From Octopus sinensis (lineage: Eukaryota): 64,000 nt of DNA. The stretch spans positions 117,676,001-117,740,000 of the forward strand of contig NC_042999.1 in the NCBI RefSeq assembly GCF_006345805.1, read 5' to 3'. The notes under the pieces were generated by a model, which saw only the letters and a program-made list of their open reading frames with translations, made no database searches and had not been told where the DNA came from. Made by a program: the position numbers and the translations under genes. Positions 36,297 through 50,935 of the stretch are shown piece by piece (the stretch's first letter is position 1; each line of letters begins with the position of its first letter).

Positions 36297-39018
36297 AACT
36301 TACATACACAGAGACACACTTTAGAGACAAGAAAAGACCGACGCGTTTCCAAATAACGTTATAGAAAGTAATCTATCTCTTTTGTATTAAAATCTACGAT
36401 TTCCCAAGAAACAGCAATATGTGAGTATTAATTGGTTATTATCCACACAGAAGATGTTTGTATGTTTGTGTGTGTGTGCACGCTCGTGTATGGGTGTACA
36501 GAACGAGTTAATAGATGTTTTACTATTGACACTATGCTTTCTGAGTTCTTGAATGGTAAATCTAAGCCGTTTCCCCACTAACAACAGATTTTCTGTCAGC
36601 TAAGAGCAGCACAACCTGGTCCGTTCATGTCTTTATATCAGTTCATAGTTGCTAGTCTATGCTTTGGTAATGATTTCACTTACCTCTCCTATATGGGTCG
36701 AAAATCCTGGAAAAATTAAGGATCGTGGGTACTACCTTCCTCTCTCTGACTAAACAGTAAAACATTTATAAGGTCATCAGCTTTATTGCTATCCTACTTT
36801 GTGTGTGTGTGTGTGTGTGTGTGTGTGGTATTCTTCATGACTGAAACACTTTTATTCTTCTTTTGATTTATAATTGGAAATAGTCAATATGGTTAGGGGA
36901 AGATTAGCTTCATCTTTTTCCAGACACATTTACAAAACAAATAGGATCGCGAATTAGATTTTCATACTGAAGCTTTGTAATTCATCTATTTAGCATCACT
37001 TTAGGAAATGTTATATATGTACATACAGAGATTTTGAATGCATTGCTATCTCAAAAGTCCAAGGGAAATAACGAAAAACATCATCTATATGGAAAATATA
37101 CAGGGAAGTAAATGCTGAAACATTTGAAATGGCTCGCATAATAACATTAATTAATGGGAAAGGAGCAAACATTTCTTAAGAATTCTTAATTCACAATAGC
37201 ATTACTGTACATATTTCATGGTGATTATTCGCATTATAATTAGAAAATAAAATACAAACCTAACTAGACTGTACTCAGTATCAAAGAACACAGAATGCAT
37301 ATAGATGTGTAGTGAGAGGATATAATAAGGAAACGCTTGGGTTTGGTTTAGTACAATGTCCATGCATTTTATAAATATGATCATTCATTTACGAGAATAA
37401 TCAGGTACAGGTGTTGTCTTTAACAGAGAAAAAATATCACATCTCAGACTCAGTTTGGTGTAAGTTGTAGGCATGTTCTACAAAAACCTGCTAAAGAAAG
37501 AAATGCCGTTAAGTTCTACTTTTAGTATCTCCGAAAACTTTCACTTTCAAGAATCATAGTTTTATGTAGACTTTTAAGAGGTATTTTTTAATATTTCTTT
37601 GAAAATATTATCAATACTTTTGATCTTTCAGAAGTTATAAAGTATAGTATTTGGAGAGCCTGGCTCTTTATGTGCGTGGTATGGCGAATTAAAATTCTGG
37701 TGTTCCTAATAATTTGGCAGTTCTATTTCTCTCTACCTTGTCACTTGCACTTAGTTGATCGATCGATATTGTGAATCTCGAAGAGACTTCACTAAAAGGA
37801 AATTCAATATTTCAACGAAAGGTGAATTCAAAATATAACTTGTGACCTTTATAATTTTGTGGTAATTTCTGCTGCTTTTATGTGTTGCAGTCACAAACCG
37901 TTTTCTACAATAAAAACAACAAAAAGAACACAATAATTAAAATTCCATATCAAAAATCTTCTGATACCAAAATGCTGAATTTTTCGTGAAAAAGATATTT
38001 TTTCGTTGCTTTTGTGAAAGTTACATCTTATACTTCAAGGACGCCCATTAATTTTCATTGATATATCACACCATAATTTCCTCTTTGAACAGAAAGTGTT
38101 TGAACATGAAAATAGATTCGGAAGCCATTTAAATCCAAAATTTGATCTAATGTTTTGATACTCGTAAAACATTCAAAGATTTAATAACTTCAAATTCAAT
38201 TTACATCAGAATTTTCCAACCTGTTTATCGAGTGCAAAACGTTTTGAACATTCTTTGAGTGATTTTTTTGTTTTTTGAGAGATGCTGGATTCACTTATTG
38301 AACTGATTTATAAAGTTTCATACCGTAAGAGGGAATAAATTGCCAGTAACCATTTTGATCGATTACCAAGAATTCTGAAACAAAAATAAAACTCACCAGT
38401 CAGCAATTCACACACCCCAGAGAAAATTAAAAAAGTAATTCAAGTTCATGTTGATCGCAAATATAAAGGAGACAAATGCTGACTATTATTTAACAGATAC
38501 CCTCATTTCTCATACTAACTCATCTGTTTAAATATTTTTTTCATAAAAGGCTTCTAGATATTGCTTTTTTTTATCTTATGAACTTCATTAGCTTACAGCC
38601 GTTTCCGCCATAAGATACAACGTGCTAATATTTAGTGCTTATGCATCACCGAATGGTTTCGTCAAGCTTTGAATATTGAGTGCAATTTTGTTTCTGTTTT
38701 TGGAAATCCTTTATAAATATGGAAAGGATTACTACCGCAGAAAAGATAAAATAAAGATATGCCTGGGCCTGGAAATATGTGGTGATTGCACCCTCTAAAA
38801 TTTTTGAGGTGTGCAAAATCAAAGTTTGCACCCCTACTTACTTTTCTCAGGTTTAGAAAATAGTGAGTAAAAAGTGATCTATAAAAAGTACTTTGAATTA
38901 GGATCTTCTCAAAGAGCAAAGAACACAAATAAATTAATAAATAAAAAAGCTTGACATTATATGTAAAAAGGTTTGGGTCTGGGTTTGTATCCCCAAAGCA
39001 AATTTTGTTCCCGAGCCA

Positions 39019-39395
39019 ATGGGGGTACCTAGAAGTAACCGGAACCGTTCTCTGTGGAACAAGCCCGTTGTAGTTCAGACCTACGCTGCTAGAAGCCACT
39101 TGATGCGTCCCTCAGACATCAGGCTGCTACCGGCGCCTTTCTGGAAACTACTGTCGCGTGGTGCGTCATTGTTTTGCCGTGCTTCGTCGATTTTGCGACG
39201 GCTGAAACGAAGGAACAGAGTTCTTCCGTGAAATTCTGTTTATTGCTAGGGAAAACGGCTGCCGAAACAGTTGTCATGCTTCAAACAGTTTTCAAAGATG
39301 CTGCCTAGAACAAAACACAAATTTACGAGTGGTTTTCCCGCTTTAAGAATGGTCACTTGTCGCTTGAAGACCAATCTCGTTCAAGGTAACCGTCG
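39019..39395 (+). mobile_element. 5' part of a mariner transposon
   Basis: TIR-like GGGGTACCTAGAAGTAACCGGAAC; translation EQSSSVKFCLLLGKTAAETVVMLQTVFKDAA*NKTQIYEWFSRFKNG..SLEDQSRSR*PS, a typical mariner HTH region. Confidence 0.88.
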
Positions 39396-39926
39396 AAAAT
39401 TTCTCTGATCCTCTTGTAACAGACGCTTTCACTTGTAGTGGTATGTTTGGGGATCAGATGAATTTAAAAAAAAAAAATTTCTGCGAGTGGATCAGATTTT
39501 TAATTCGTTAAAATTCTGATGACGTTTTCTTTCGTCTATGAAGAGGATGAGAAAAACTGAAACCCAAATTCCCGTTTTTTTACTATTTTCATTTCACACT
39601 TGTTTTTTCAATATGACTTATCGACCACCATTAAAATTAATGAACTTTGTACATTCAAACAAATTGATATACAGCTTTAATTTTATTGACTGCTATGAAC
39701 ATTCAAACTTACACCTGTTTTGAACATGAAAATTTATCAACATTGAAACATTTTAATTTGTCAACATTGAAACTTTTAAAGATGTTTTTTTTTCTAATTG
39801 TAAACTTTTACCATTGATAAACAAAAACTATTGTTGAAACTAGTTTGGTATATATGTAAATAAATGTATTTCAAACATTTACGAGTTTTTGAAATTTAGG
39901 TGTATTTTCAACAAAACATATTCCTA

Positions 39927-39930
39927 TATA

Positions 39931-39965
<35 letters not shown>

Positions 39966-39966
39966 T

Positions 39967-40021
<55 letters not shown>

Positions 40022-40033
40022 ATAGATAGATAG
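39927..40033. repeat. Compound (TA)(GA)(GATA) microsatellite
   Basis: Direct inspection. Confidence 0.95.
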
Positions 40034-41299
40034 ATAGATATAGATATAGATATAGGTATAAGACGCACATTCATACACATACACACATATATACGTACGC
40101 ATACACATAAATATAAATATTTGAATACATGGATACATTCACACACACAGACATACGCATATATATAACACATGTATACACACACACACACATCACATCC
40201 ACTCACATACACATATTTATGCATACACACAGACACAAAATGACACACATACACGCGAAGAACTTGTTATAACGAAATGTCAGAAAGTAAGTTAATAGAA
40301 AGCTTCAGCTGTTACGTATAGTTGTAGTTCGTCTTGAACCAATGATTCAATTTAAAGCAGACCCGTTGTTTTATAAGAAGAGAGTTCAAATTTTGGAAGA
40401 ATCTTATCGCAGCAATGGATAATCATCTCACTTCATTTGTTGAGAAGTTGATGGTAAAATATGAAATGCTTTGTGGCCGCACGATTGACATGGCTTTCGT
40501 TCTTCCATGTATGGGGTGGAAAATTGCCCTATGTTCCATTCTAATGTGTAGTTGATTTTTGATTTTTAAGTTACCATGCACACTCGGTCCCTGAAGCTGA
40601 ATGGGCCAAATTAAGGAGTTGAACGAGTGTCTATAAAAGTGTTATTTGAATTAATTAACTGTAGCGCCTATTTCTTTCCCTCGTTGCTGCATTCGTCATT
40701 ACGTAACAGCCGTCTACGGTACTTTTAGCAAGACAGTTTCCGTTCAAAGGGTAACCAAATTTTTGCACTTACAAGTTTCAGTGTCAGGAGTTCGTCCGAT
40801 AGTACTATGGGATATATTGGTGTTAAATATCTGATCGGAATTTGCTTCAGAAATACTTCTCGGAGATGCTGAAGAATTATTACTACGTGAGCGACCAGTA
40901 GAATGGCCAAGTTTCTCGAATTCAATCCATGATCATGCTACAGCGGTAGGAGACTCTTAGGAGGCGTAGAACTCTGGTGGTCAGAGGCAGCAGTATTTAG
41001 CGGTTGATTCTTAAGTATATGGAACCTACAAATTTGGTATTTCCTAGTTTAAACTTAGTCCCTGGGATGATATCTGCAAACTTAGCGGTTTTAGACTGCG
41101 ATTGCTTAAGTATATATACAATATACTTACTAAATATTAGACAATATTTGTAGTGAGAAATTTTGGGTTGACAGGTTAGTTTCTGTGGATTATATAGGGA
41201 ATTATAGCAAGTAACTTCACTAGTTGTATATTTTTTTCTGTTAGACCTTGTGTTACTAGAAATTTATGTAGATTTATTATTAATAAAATTAGTAAAATT

Positions 41300-41571
<272 letters not shown>

Positions 41572-42257
41572 TGTATATATGTATGCATAAGATGTCTCAT
41601 TGTAAGAAAAGAATATCATGCCTATTAGATTCTATATGTTTTTCTTAAATAACACCAAGCGAGACCTCGTTGAGGAAAACTAAGCCTATCTGACTTGACA
41701 ACCTCTTTTTTCTAGGGATATTTATCGCTGTGCCACCGTGTGCTTCAAAATGTGATTTTCTTACATAATACTTTGCGCATAAATTGAGTTAATTTCGCAT
41801 CAACATCAAGTAGTTGAAGCAACAACATAGAGAAACTGTTGTTCATTCGTGCATATGTTATGTATGCATGCATCATATGTATGCTTGATTGTAAGTACGC
41901 ATGTATGTACGTACGTATGTTTGTATGTATATACGTATATATGCACACACACACGCACATACATATATGATATATACATATATATACATATTCATATACA
42001 TACATGCACACCGATCTTCCTGGAGGAGATTTTCTTCATCTTCTGGTGATCTGTTCGGAAACTTCAAACAGTATAACTATCTGTGTAAAATCTCATTTTG
42101 CCATTAACTGGATATGGCTTCGCTTACACATTCGTTCATATATAATACGTGTGTGTGTGTGTAAGTGCAATTGTGCAGATATTTTTCATATCTACATGCA
42201 TATATTTAAATGTATGTATATATATATGTACATGTAGATATATGTATATATATTTAT

Positions 42258-42437
42258 AACGTCCACTTACACATACATAGGTACACACATTCGCAAGCAT
42301 CCATCTATACATGCGCATATATATATGGGTACATGCATGTATATGTGTATATGCATGTACCCATATATATATATATATGTGCATGTATAGCCGGATGCTT
42401 GTGAATGTGTATACCTATGTGTGTGTAAGTGGACGTT
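42258..42437. repeat. Imperfect fold-back hairpin, about 80-bp arms
   Basis: 42258-42338 is about 90% the reverse complement of 42351-42437. Confidence 0.85.
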
Positions 42438-42889
42438 TGTGGGCGTCAATTTTCCTTTCTCTGTACTTAATTATATAATTTAATCCATTCAATTATTTCA
42501 TATATGAACGCAAACTAGCTGCATCAAGTTTGCATTCAGGTTTACTCTTACACACTCAGATACATGTAAGAAACCATGGTAATGGATATAATTAAATATA
42601 TTTGGCCATTAGTCGAATTTTACTTTCATCACAGTGATATCGATAAAATCTGTATTTGTCAAGTACTGGGAGACATAATAAACTATACCCTTGAGAGAGA
42701 CGTTCAGGATGGACACAATCTCGAATCTAATAATTTTAGACACCGAAAGAATAAGTCAATAAGCGCACATATTTTAATATGACAGATCCTGGAGATTTCG
42801 ATTTCTAGAAAAACAAGAAACGTTCATTGGGTCCATTACTATGCACACACGTATGAAATGATAAGTATAAGAATCACACAAACACACGT

Positions 42890-42923
<34 letters not shown>

Positions 42924-43402
42924 GCACACACACACATATACACACACACACGCACAGACACTCCCTCAGAAGCAAACACAAGCACGCACACATACACACA
43001 AGCACGCATCAAATATATATTTGTTGTGCCTTGGGAGATTCATTATGTGAATAATAAACATAAAAAAGTAAAGGCGTTAGTTCATTCTTTCGACACACAG
43101 ATTCACATCAAAAGGTTGCTAGCTAAATACAAAGACAATATACATACATACACACACACACACACATTTAGACATGTGTATGTATAATATATATGTATGT
43201 ATAGTGTTGCATACTTATTTAACCGTTTGATACAGCATCAACCGCAAACAAATATGCACTCGCTGCACCGTCATATGTACACTTTGTGCATAAGATGCCT
43301 TAAACTTTAAGCATAAGGCTAAGTAATCACTGTTGTACTTGTATAGGTCGTGAGCTGATGCCATGGTGTAATACTGCCATTATGTATATATATATATATA
43401 TA

Positions 43403-43515
43403 TCACGTGATCACGTCACCGACCAGGCCATCAGATGTTGCTACACCTCGCTGGTCACTATGCACTTCGCATTGTTTTAGCCTCGAAATGACGCCACCCT
43501 TCTGGCTAAGCGAGC

Positions 43516-43549
<34 letters not shown>

Positions 43550-43653
43550 ATCACGTCACCGACCAGGCCATCAGATGTTGCTACACCTCGCTGGTCACTA
43601 TGCACTTCGCATTGTTTTAGCCTCGAAATGACGCCACCCTTCTGGCTAAGCGA

Positions 43654-43656
<3 letters not shown>
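43403..43656. repeat. Exact tandem duplication of a 114-bp segment, period 140, separated by (TA)n
   Basis: 43403-43516 is identical to 43543-43656. Confidence 0.95.
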
Positions 43657-43691
<35 letters not shown>

Positions 43692-45119
43692 CTTGCCATC
43701 CTGCCTAACCAGCGGGTTGTCATCATTCAAAACCTATAACAACGCGATGGAGGTCATTGTGACGAGTCGTGTATGTCAACATCCGATTACTGGCCGATAC
43801 AGGAGAAAGAGAGAGAGAGACAGGGGAGAGGAGAGTTGGAGTTTAGTAAATAGAATAACTATTAGAGAGACAGTAAATATATGAAAGGCTTTCAGTAGCT
43901 GATATAAAGAGTACCTGATAAGACAAGGAGACTTCTTGAAAAGCATGAGATGTTTCGTTCGATAAAACTGAAGAAAGAAGAATACAGGCTTATGATACTG
44001 GACTGATGGAAGATAATTGTTCAAAATATGATTTGAAAATATGATGAAAGAAAAGAACTTCAAGCATCTCCGAAAGAAATCTAAAATTCAATGGACCTGA
44101 TGGTAACATGTAGCCATAAACACCATATATATATGTATGCTGACACTCAACCATTAATTTTTCGAATATATGCTAGTACAACCACACACACGCACGCTCA
44201 CATACACAAAAAACATAGATGCACAGATGCGCGCGCACACACACACAGAGCTATACACAGGCACCGTACATGTGTGTATTGGTGGTGCCTGAAAAATATC
44301 TATACAATTTCATCTTTTAATAAAGTTTATGATGCCTTACGTTGAATTACTGAGTAGTGTTATATACAACCTATATTTTACAAAGTTTTCTTCATTAAAG
44401 TAACAACGTTTCAGTTTAGAAACATTTGATATATGCACCATTAGTAATTCGCCAAACATCTATACTCTAAACGCCTCCATAAATGCTGCAGCATATCCAC
44501 TTCAGGTCGTTCAATAACAGTCCAATTCTGATTCCTGCTTTAAATTATCAATATATGTTTATGTTACCCGCGTATTGTACATAACTTTGAAGAATACCAA
44601 ACAAATGAAATGATGTAGATGTGATGTCAGGAAATTTAATCGGCGAGTGAATTACATAACCGAAGTCAATCCACGTGCTTAAGAATGTCTTATTTTGATG
44701 CTTTTCGATTATCAAAACCCAGTGTCGTTGTGCTCTATGTTACTGAAATGCTACGCATTATCACATTACTCTTAGTTGCGGACACACAAAATATTCCGAC
44801 ATTTGTAGATAGGTGCTGGAGGTCCTTGCTAAGTGTCAACTGAGAAGAATGATAAAGCACCCACACGGTCATCTAACAAGCCACCACACTTTCACATTAC
44901 AACTAACACTAATGTTCACTTCTATGCAATGTAGACTTTGTAAACCACACTTTATTCGTTTGCTTTGCCTAAAACACGAAAAGGGGTATCAGGATTATTG
45001 ATCAAAGATCATCGTCGAAGTCGACTCTGGCATAGCCATTGTAAATTCCCCCCATGAATCCTTAGATTCGTGCATAATCTGTTGCAGGACCGGCAGCTTG
45101 TGAAGTTGCAAGCCCTGTA

Positions 45120-45295
45120 CTATTGAAATATTTGGTCAAGTCATCATGTATTGCCGAATGGGGCACCTGTAATTGATCTGATACATTTCTTATTGACATA
45201 CGTAAACTGAGGGCAATGCACATGAGATTTTCCTCAGACGTTCGGGAGATGCTCAACTTTTTCCTTATATTATGCAGTACCAGTTTCTTTAAAAC
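45120..45295 (-). pseudogene. Tc1/mariner-superfamily transposase N-terminal remnant
   Basis: FKETGT followed by SRTSEENL...MSIRNVSDQLQVPHSAIHDDL, matching the F.ETGSV / RT.EN / S.R..S.+L.+P.STIH pattern. Confidence 0.55.
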
Positions 45296-48015
45296 TCTAA
45301 TGAAAAGTTAGTATGCATGTTTTTGATGGAAGAGACTTTTTTTGTAATCACAATACTTATATCATTGTGTAATTGAAAGTAAGGTTTCAATCACGATAAG
45401 AGAAGTAACTCAGCTAATGAGATTTGGTAGTTGTGTCAGTAGTGCCGATGGCAGAGAAGTTGAGATGATGGGAAATAGATGGGGAGGAGGAACAATGAAA
45501 ACAAAGTAGAATGGTAGTTAGAAGTGATGATATTTGTTGTTGGGACTCTTTCGGTTACTACAGATTTTAGAGTTGCCATTCCTCAAGCCATGGCTACTGA
45601 CGTTATGATTTTATGCAATGCTATTTCATAAAATCTATCTCAGTGCTATTTACTATTTATGCCTATATTTGTATTTAAAATAATCACTTAAATGCAGGAT
45701 ATTACGTCGATAATTTTGATTGGCCAGATTACAATAGAACCTTAACTATAAAAATTTACATTATTCCAGGCATATTCGGGTTTTTAGCATTAATTAGAAA
45801 CCGGTGAAATTTTAATAAAATAACTTAAATTACACATCAGATTATTTAAGATAAGATCTTATTGATTTAATTTAAAAAAAAAATCTCCATGGTTCTATCA
45901 AATATCTTGAAATATTTTGATGAATGAGTTGATATTCAAATTAGAAATGCTAAGTTCAATATATTAATATAATATTGTAAACCAGTCTTAGATTTAATAT
46001 TGATTTCTCTGTGAAGATTAACATTTCATGTTTTCCGTGCTGATCGTGATGATACTTTTTGAAGCGGTCGTAAGACGACAGTGAAAAAAATTAATTTTTA
46101 TATATGACTAAAGTTTATATTTTAAAGAGTGATGCATAATTTAACGCCTGCTTAGTGCAAGTATTTGTTGTCTGCTAGTCAACGAAGACAACATTGGAAA
46201 CTTTCTTCCTAAATTTTGACATTTATAAAGTAATTTTTTATACTTTGTAGCAGCCGTTTGTTTGTCGTGTCGGTTACGTTTTAACTTTATTATTGGAATG
46301 GCGCCTCTGGTTACAAGTGTTGGCAGTTGTTGTTTCTTGATTTTCGGTACTCATGGAAATTGTGAAAGTAGCAGTGGAGTTAGTCTCAGTTTCAAGCTTT
46401 TCTTTTAGATGTATTTTGAAAATACAGACAAACAAGTCAAATTTTCACCACAATTTCCACGGTTCCAACTAGTATTTTCGATGTTTTCGTTAAACGTATG
46501 TATGCGATTTGGTTTTAACAAACTGTAATTTCTTTTGTATATTCATTTCTTTGAGGTGCGAATGAACATCCGAGGAGAAGAACACACTTATAAGAATATA
46601 AGTTACCGTAAATGGGAACACTAGGAACTGATAAGAAATATCTTGTTACATATCCGTCATCATACTGTGACTGGTAGCGTTAATTGGTGGCTCGCCGTAA
46701 ATACGGAATAGAATCGCTGATCTGAGATGTACATAAATACAAACTTGTTACCAGTTCAAATATATTTGAGGTATATTCGAACCCGTACGAAAGACATTCG
46801 CTGTATTTTGTCATTCAGAAAATTTCTCGCTGCAGACAAGTCGATGTAAGCTCACCAAGTCACATCGAAGCGCCCTCTAACCTGACTGATGGATGCAGGC
46901 ATTTCTGAACGGTTACTTCCACTTCAGTATCAGATACCGAAAAGAGGAATGCTAGAAATGACAAGAGATGGATTACTCATATATTCCCGTTATCGTACTC
47001 TTCTGTTGTGCTGTAGCTATCTAGCAACAACTTTATTGCAATAACTCAGCAATTATGTTTAAATAAATAAATGCCAAGTTCTAAACTCATACTAGTTGTG
47101 TGTCTGTTCATTCTTTCTCGCCACTGTACACATACGCGCGCGCGCACACACACATATCTAAGGGCCGAGCACAAGTAATGTCAGTAAGGTAGAGTTTATA
47201 ATAGTATTACATAATAGAATCACCTGGATTAATTATAAATCGTTTGGTGATGTTATATCATAGTCATGTAATTCAGTAATCAACACCCATGGTGTGTGAG
47301 TGTACTTGTATGTAGGCAGAGGGAGAGGTAGAGGGAGAGGTGGAGCGAGAGAGAGAGAAAGACTTCTTGATTGATAAATAAACAGATACCGTCTATCACA
47401 AGTACCCTAATTGACAAAGAAAATCAGCAAAAAAAAAAAAAAAATACGGTAATACGAAGTATTATAAATGGCAGACAAATTATTGGAAATAAATATAATT
47501 CTATATTTACGAAAGGTGATAATATATTTATTACATAAACTAGTAGAAACTGCTGGCAGGATATCTTTCTGCTGGCATATGTAATAATCGATTTCTGTCA
47601 TATATGTATATGTATGTATATAAGTACACACACATATATACATATATATATATGCAGACACTCTTTCACACACACACAAACACGTGCACACGTGTCAATA
47701 TATATGCATGTATTTATACCCACAAATAAACGCATACATGTATTTATATTTTTTATATTTTTCTATACTTACACTTTTTATACATTTTTTATCCCTCGTC
47801 CTGAATTCTCGCCCCTCCATCTTCACGTCTATATATGTATTTATTTATTTACATTACTTCAACATCCAAATTTCCTCATTCTACATTGAGAGAAGAAAGA
47901 GATGGACGCTTCAATTCTATACTGCTGCCGCATTATGTCGTACGCGAATGAGAGGATTTGCATCCCCAACCGAGAATTTTTGATGTAACACATGTCCTTG
48001 TGGAAGCTGTTGTGC

Positions 48016-48093
48016 GCGGCTGAAGAAGGCCACAGACATACATTACGCATTGTTATAAATCTGTCTAATAAAGGCCCGAAACATATGTACCGC
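48016..48093 (+). ncRNA. Type I hammerhead ribozyme motif
   Basis: GCGG-CTGAAGA-A-GGCC...GGCC-C-GAAA-C-ATAT-G-TA-CCGC. All-GC 4-bp stem I, ACATATGT perfect palindrome, GUA triplet 48087-48089. Confidence 0.72.
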
Positions 48094-48262
48094 TGAATCC
48101 TTCGCATCATGTTTTTATTTTGATCAATTTACTCCACCACCTACACCACCAAACGGTATACACAGGTGCTTATAATTATCAAGTACTCACCCCGAATTTC
48201 TATATATATATATATATATACATATACATACATACAGACATACATATATATTTATACATACA

Positions 48263-48308
<46 letters not shown>

Positions 48309-48309
48309 A

Positions 48310-48488
48310 TATAAAATATTATTCGAGACAAAACCACTATTTTGCAAAACAAACAAGGAAAGACTTAATTAATACATAAAATTTTAATAAATAGTCAATT
48401 TGACTATTTATTAAAATTTTATGTATTAATTAAGTCTTTCCTTGTTTGTTTTGCAAAATAGTGGTTTTGTCTCGAATAATATTTTATA
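48310..48488. repeat. Perfect 179-bp palindrome (89-bp arms, 1-nt centre at 48399)
   Basis: Arms checked base by base: no mismatch. Confidence 0.97.
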
Positions 48489-48568
48489 ATATTTTACTAT
48501 AAAATCGATTTAATCATAAATCTGATTTTTTCCCTGTAAATTTGGATTTATTCCCTAATATTTATTAT

Positions 48569-48599
<31 letters not shown>

Positions 48600-48608
48600 A
48601 TCTATCTA

Positions 48609-48644
<36 letters not shown>

Positions 48645-49039
48645 TCTTTCTCTCTTCTTGTGCTAAGCTGATTGTTTCCTCAATTGGTTTATACTTCAAC
48701 CGATAAACCGGTAAACATAATAATAGAATTTAGTAAGACATTTATGGATTAAAGGCAGAGTAAAAATCAAGTTATTTGAATTGTACGAAATGTATAAGTC
48801 AGGTTGCGCTCAACAATATGTAGCAGGCAACAAATGAAGGGGAGGGAATATCCTTAGAATGGTTCAGACGGCTTCTTGTGGTGGAGTGTATGATACTACC
48901 CGTGAGGTATCCAATGCTGCTCCAAGAGGAGTGTGGTTTTGTATAAAGAATACTTATTATTATGTCTTGTTGCCAGATATTTTATTCAATAATTGTGAAA
49001 GTGGTTATTTCATCTGCATTTGAAATTGTTTCAAGATTA

Positions 49040-49473
49040 AGGCGCAGGCGCGGCTGTGTGGTAAAGAGCTTGCTTCCCAAACACATGGTTCCGAGTTCAG
49101 TCCCATTGCATTTCACTATGGGCAAGTGTCTTTTTCTATAGCCTCAGACCGACTAAGGCCTTGTGGGTGGATTTGGTACATGGAAAATGAAAGAAGCCGT
49201 CGTATATGTATATGTGTGTGTGTATGTTTGTGTGCGCGTGTGTGTGTGCGTGTGTAATCGCGCGCGTGTAAGTTTGACCTTTGTGTCTGTGTTTGTCCCA
49301 TCAACACCGCTTGACAACTGGTGGTTGTCTGTTTACTTAGCAGTTCGGCGAAAGAGAACGATAGAATAAGTACTAGGCATAGAAACAAAAATCTTATGAG
49401 GGATTTGTTCGACTAAAACCCTTGAAGGCGGTGCCCCAGCATGGTCGCAGTCTAATGAGTGAAAGAGATAAAA
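49040..49473 (+). mobile_element. tRNA-derived SINE, family B, full length
   Basis: Head GGCGCAGG..GGCTGTGTGGTAA, B-box-like GAGTTCAGTCCC, internal (GT)n, tail GGCGGTGCCCCAGCATGG. Confidence 0.9.
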
Positions 49474-50421
49474 TACAAAAGATTATTATGTTCATAGCTT
49501 TTTGCATGCAGATATTTCACTTTCTGTTTGATCTATTCAAACGTTCACTGAATTGCGTAATTTTCTGTAAGCAAATATTGGACAAGCTTGATAGTTTTTG
49601 AAAATGTTGCAAATTCATCGATGCCATGAATATGAAATTGTCCTTGATTCTACTATCCTTGAGTGTCAACCTCTTTAAACATAGTCATACATGCACACAG
49701 AGATATGTGTGTATGGGTACATGCGTGTTTACCTGTGCACGTACACTCGTATATAAAGAAAGTGCTGTTCAGAACGGACACTATTAGCTCTTCCATAGAT
49801 ATTTCCCATATAGATAATCGCCTGCATTATATGAACATCAATTGATATATCGTCGGTGCATAAGATTCACTGAAACTACTGTGACCCCTATTTTGTAGAC
49901 AAAATACATATCATTTATCATTCATTTCCAATCATAAGCGCACAAAGAAAAAAGAAAAGAGGAAAAGATCAGTATATATAAACTTGCCCACACACGACAA
50001 AATACTTCCCCATAAACTTTTAATTGGGACACTTTTTAAGCGTGATAAATACCACTTACAGACAGGAATTTTATGATCATATTATATCTCGCCGAATGCA
50101 ATTATCTCTTTTCGGAAAGTATATGTGAAAATTGTGGTGTTTGCATAATTAATGTAGGTAGTATTTAAAGATAAATAACTATTCAGCTTCGTAAGATATT
50201 AAGCACCGATAAAGATTATTTTCAGTGTTTTGATAAATGCACTCTGAACAGGTCCTACAATGAACTCATCAGCGAAGCATAACAGTAAACTTACTTAATG
50301 AAGAACTCTATAATCTATAATATTTGCTTAACGAGGTGGAGTAGTATTGCTTCATGAGTAAATGATTTATATTCATAAAAGCAATAGCGGCCACACACAA
50401 ACACACACATGTGAATATATA

Positions 50422-50465
<44 letters not shown>

Positions 50466-50482
50466 ATATATTTATATCTACA

Positions 50483-50714
50483 CTTTTACTCTTTACTCTT
50501 TTACTTTTTGCAGTCATTTGATTGTGGCTATCCTGGAGCACCGCCTTTAGCCGATCGAGCAAATCGACCCCAGAACTTATTCTTTGTAAGCCTAGTACTT
50601 ATTCTAGCGGTCTCTTTTGCCGAACCGCTAAGTTACGGGGTGACGTAAACACATCACCATCTGTTTTCAAGCGATGTTGGGTGGGGGAGACAAACACATA
50701 CGCACAAACATATA

Positions 50715-50763
<49 letters not shown>

Positions 50764-50935
50764 CAAATATACGACGGGCTTCTTTCACATTTCGTCTACC
50801 AAATCCACTCACAAGGATTTGGTCGGCCCGAGGCTATAGTAGAAGACACTTGCCCAAGGTGCCACGCAGTGAGACTGAACCCGGAACTATGTGGTTGGTA
50901 AGCAAGCTACTTATCACACAGCCACTCTTACTCCT
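50483..50935 (-). mobile_element. tRNA-derived SINE, family B, full length
   Basis: Reverse-complement similarity to 49040-49473 throughout. Confidence 0.9.

Noticed and set aside
36335-36350. Minus-strand GAAACGCGTC (hammerhead 3' half)
   Set aside because: No CUGANGA core or matching stem I upstream.
46230-46500. CpG-richer patch with ATG and a GTATGT donor as a possible first exon
   Set aside because: No recognisable product; signals too weak without transcript data.
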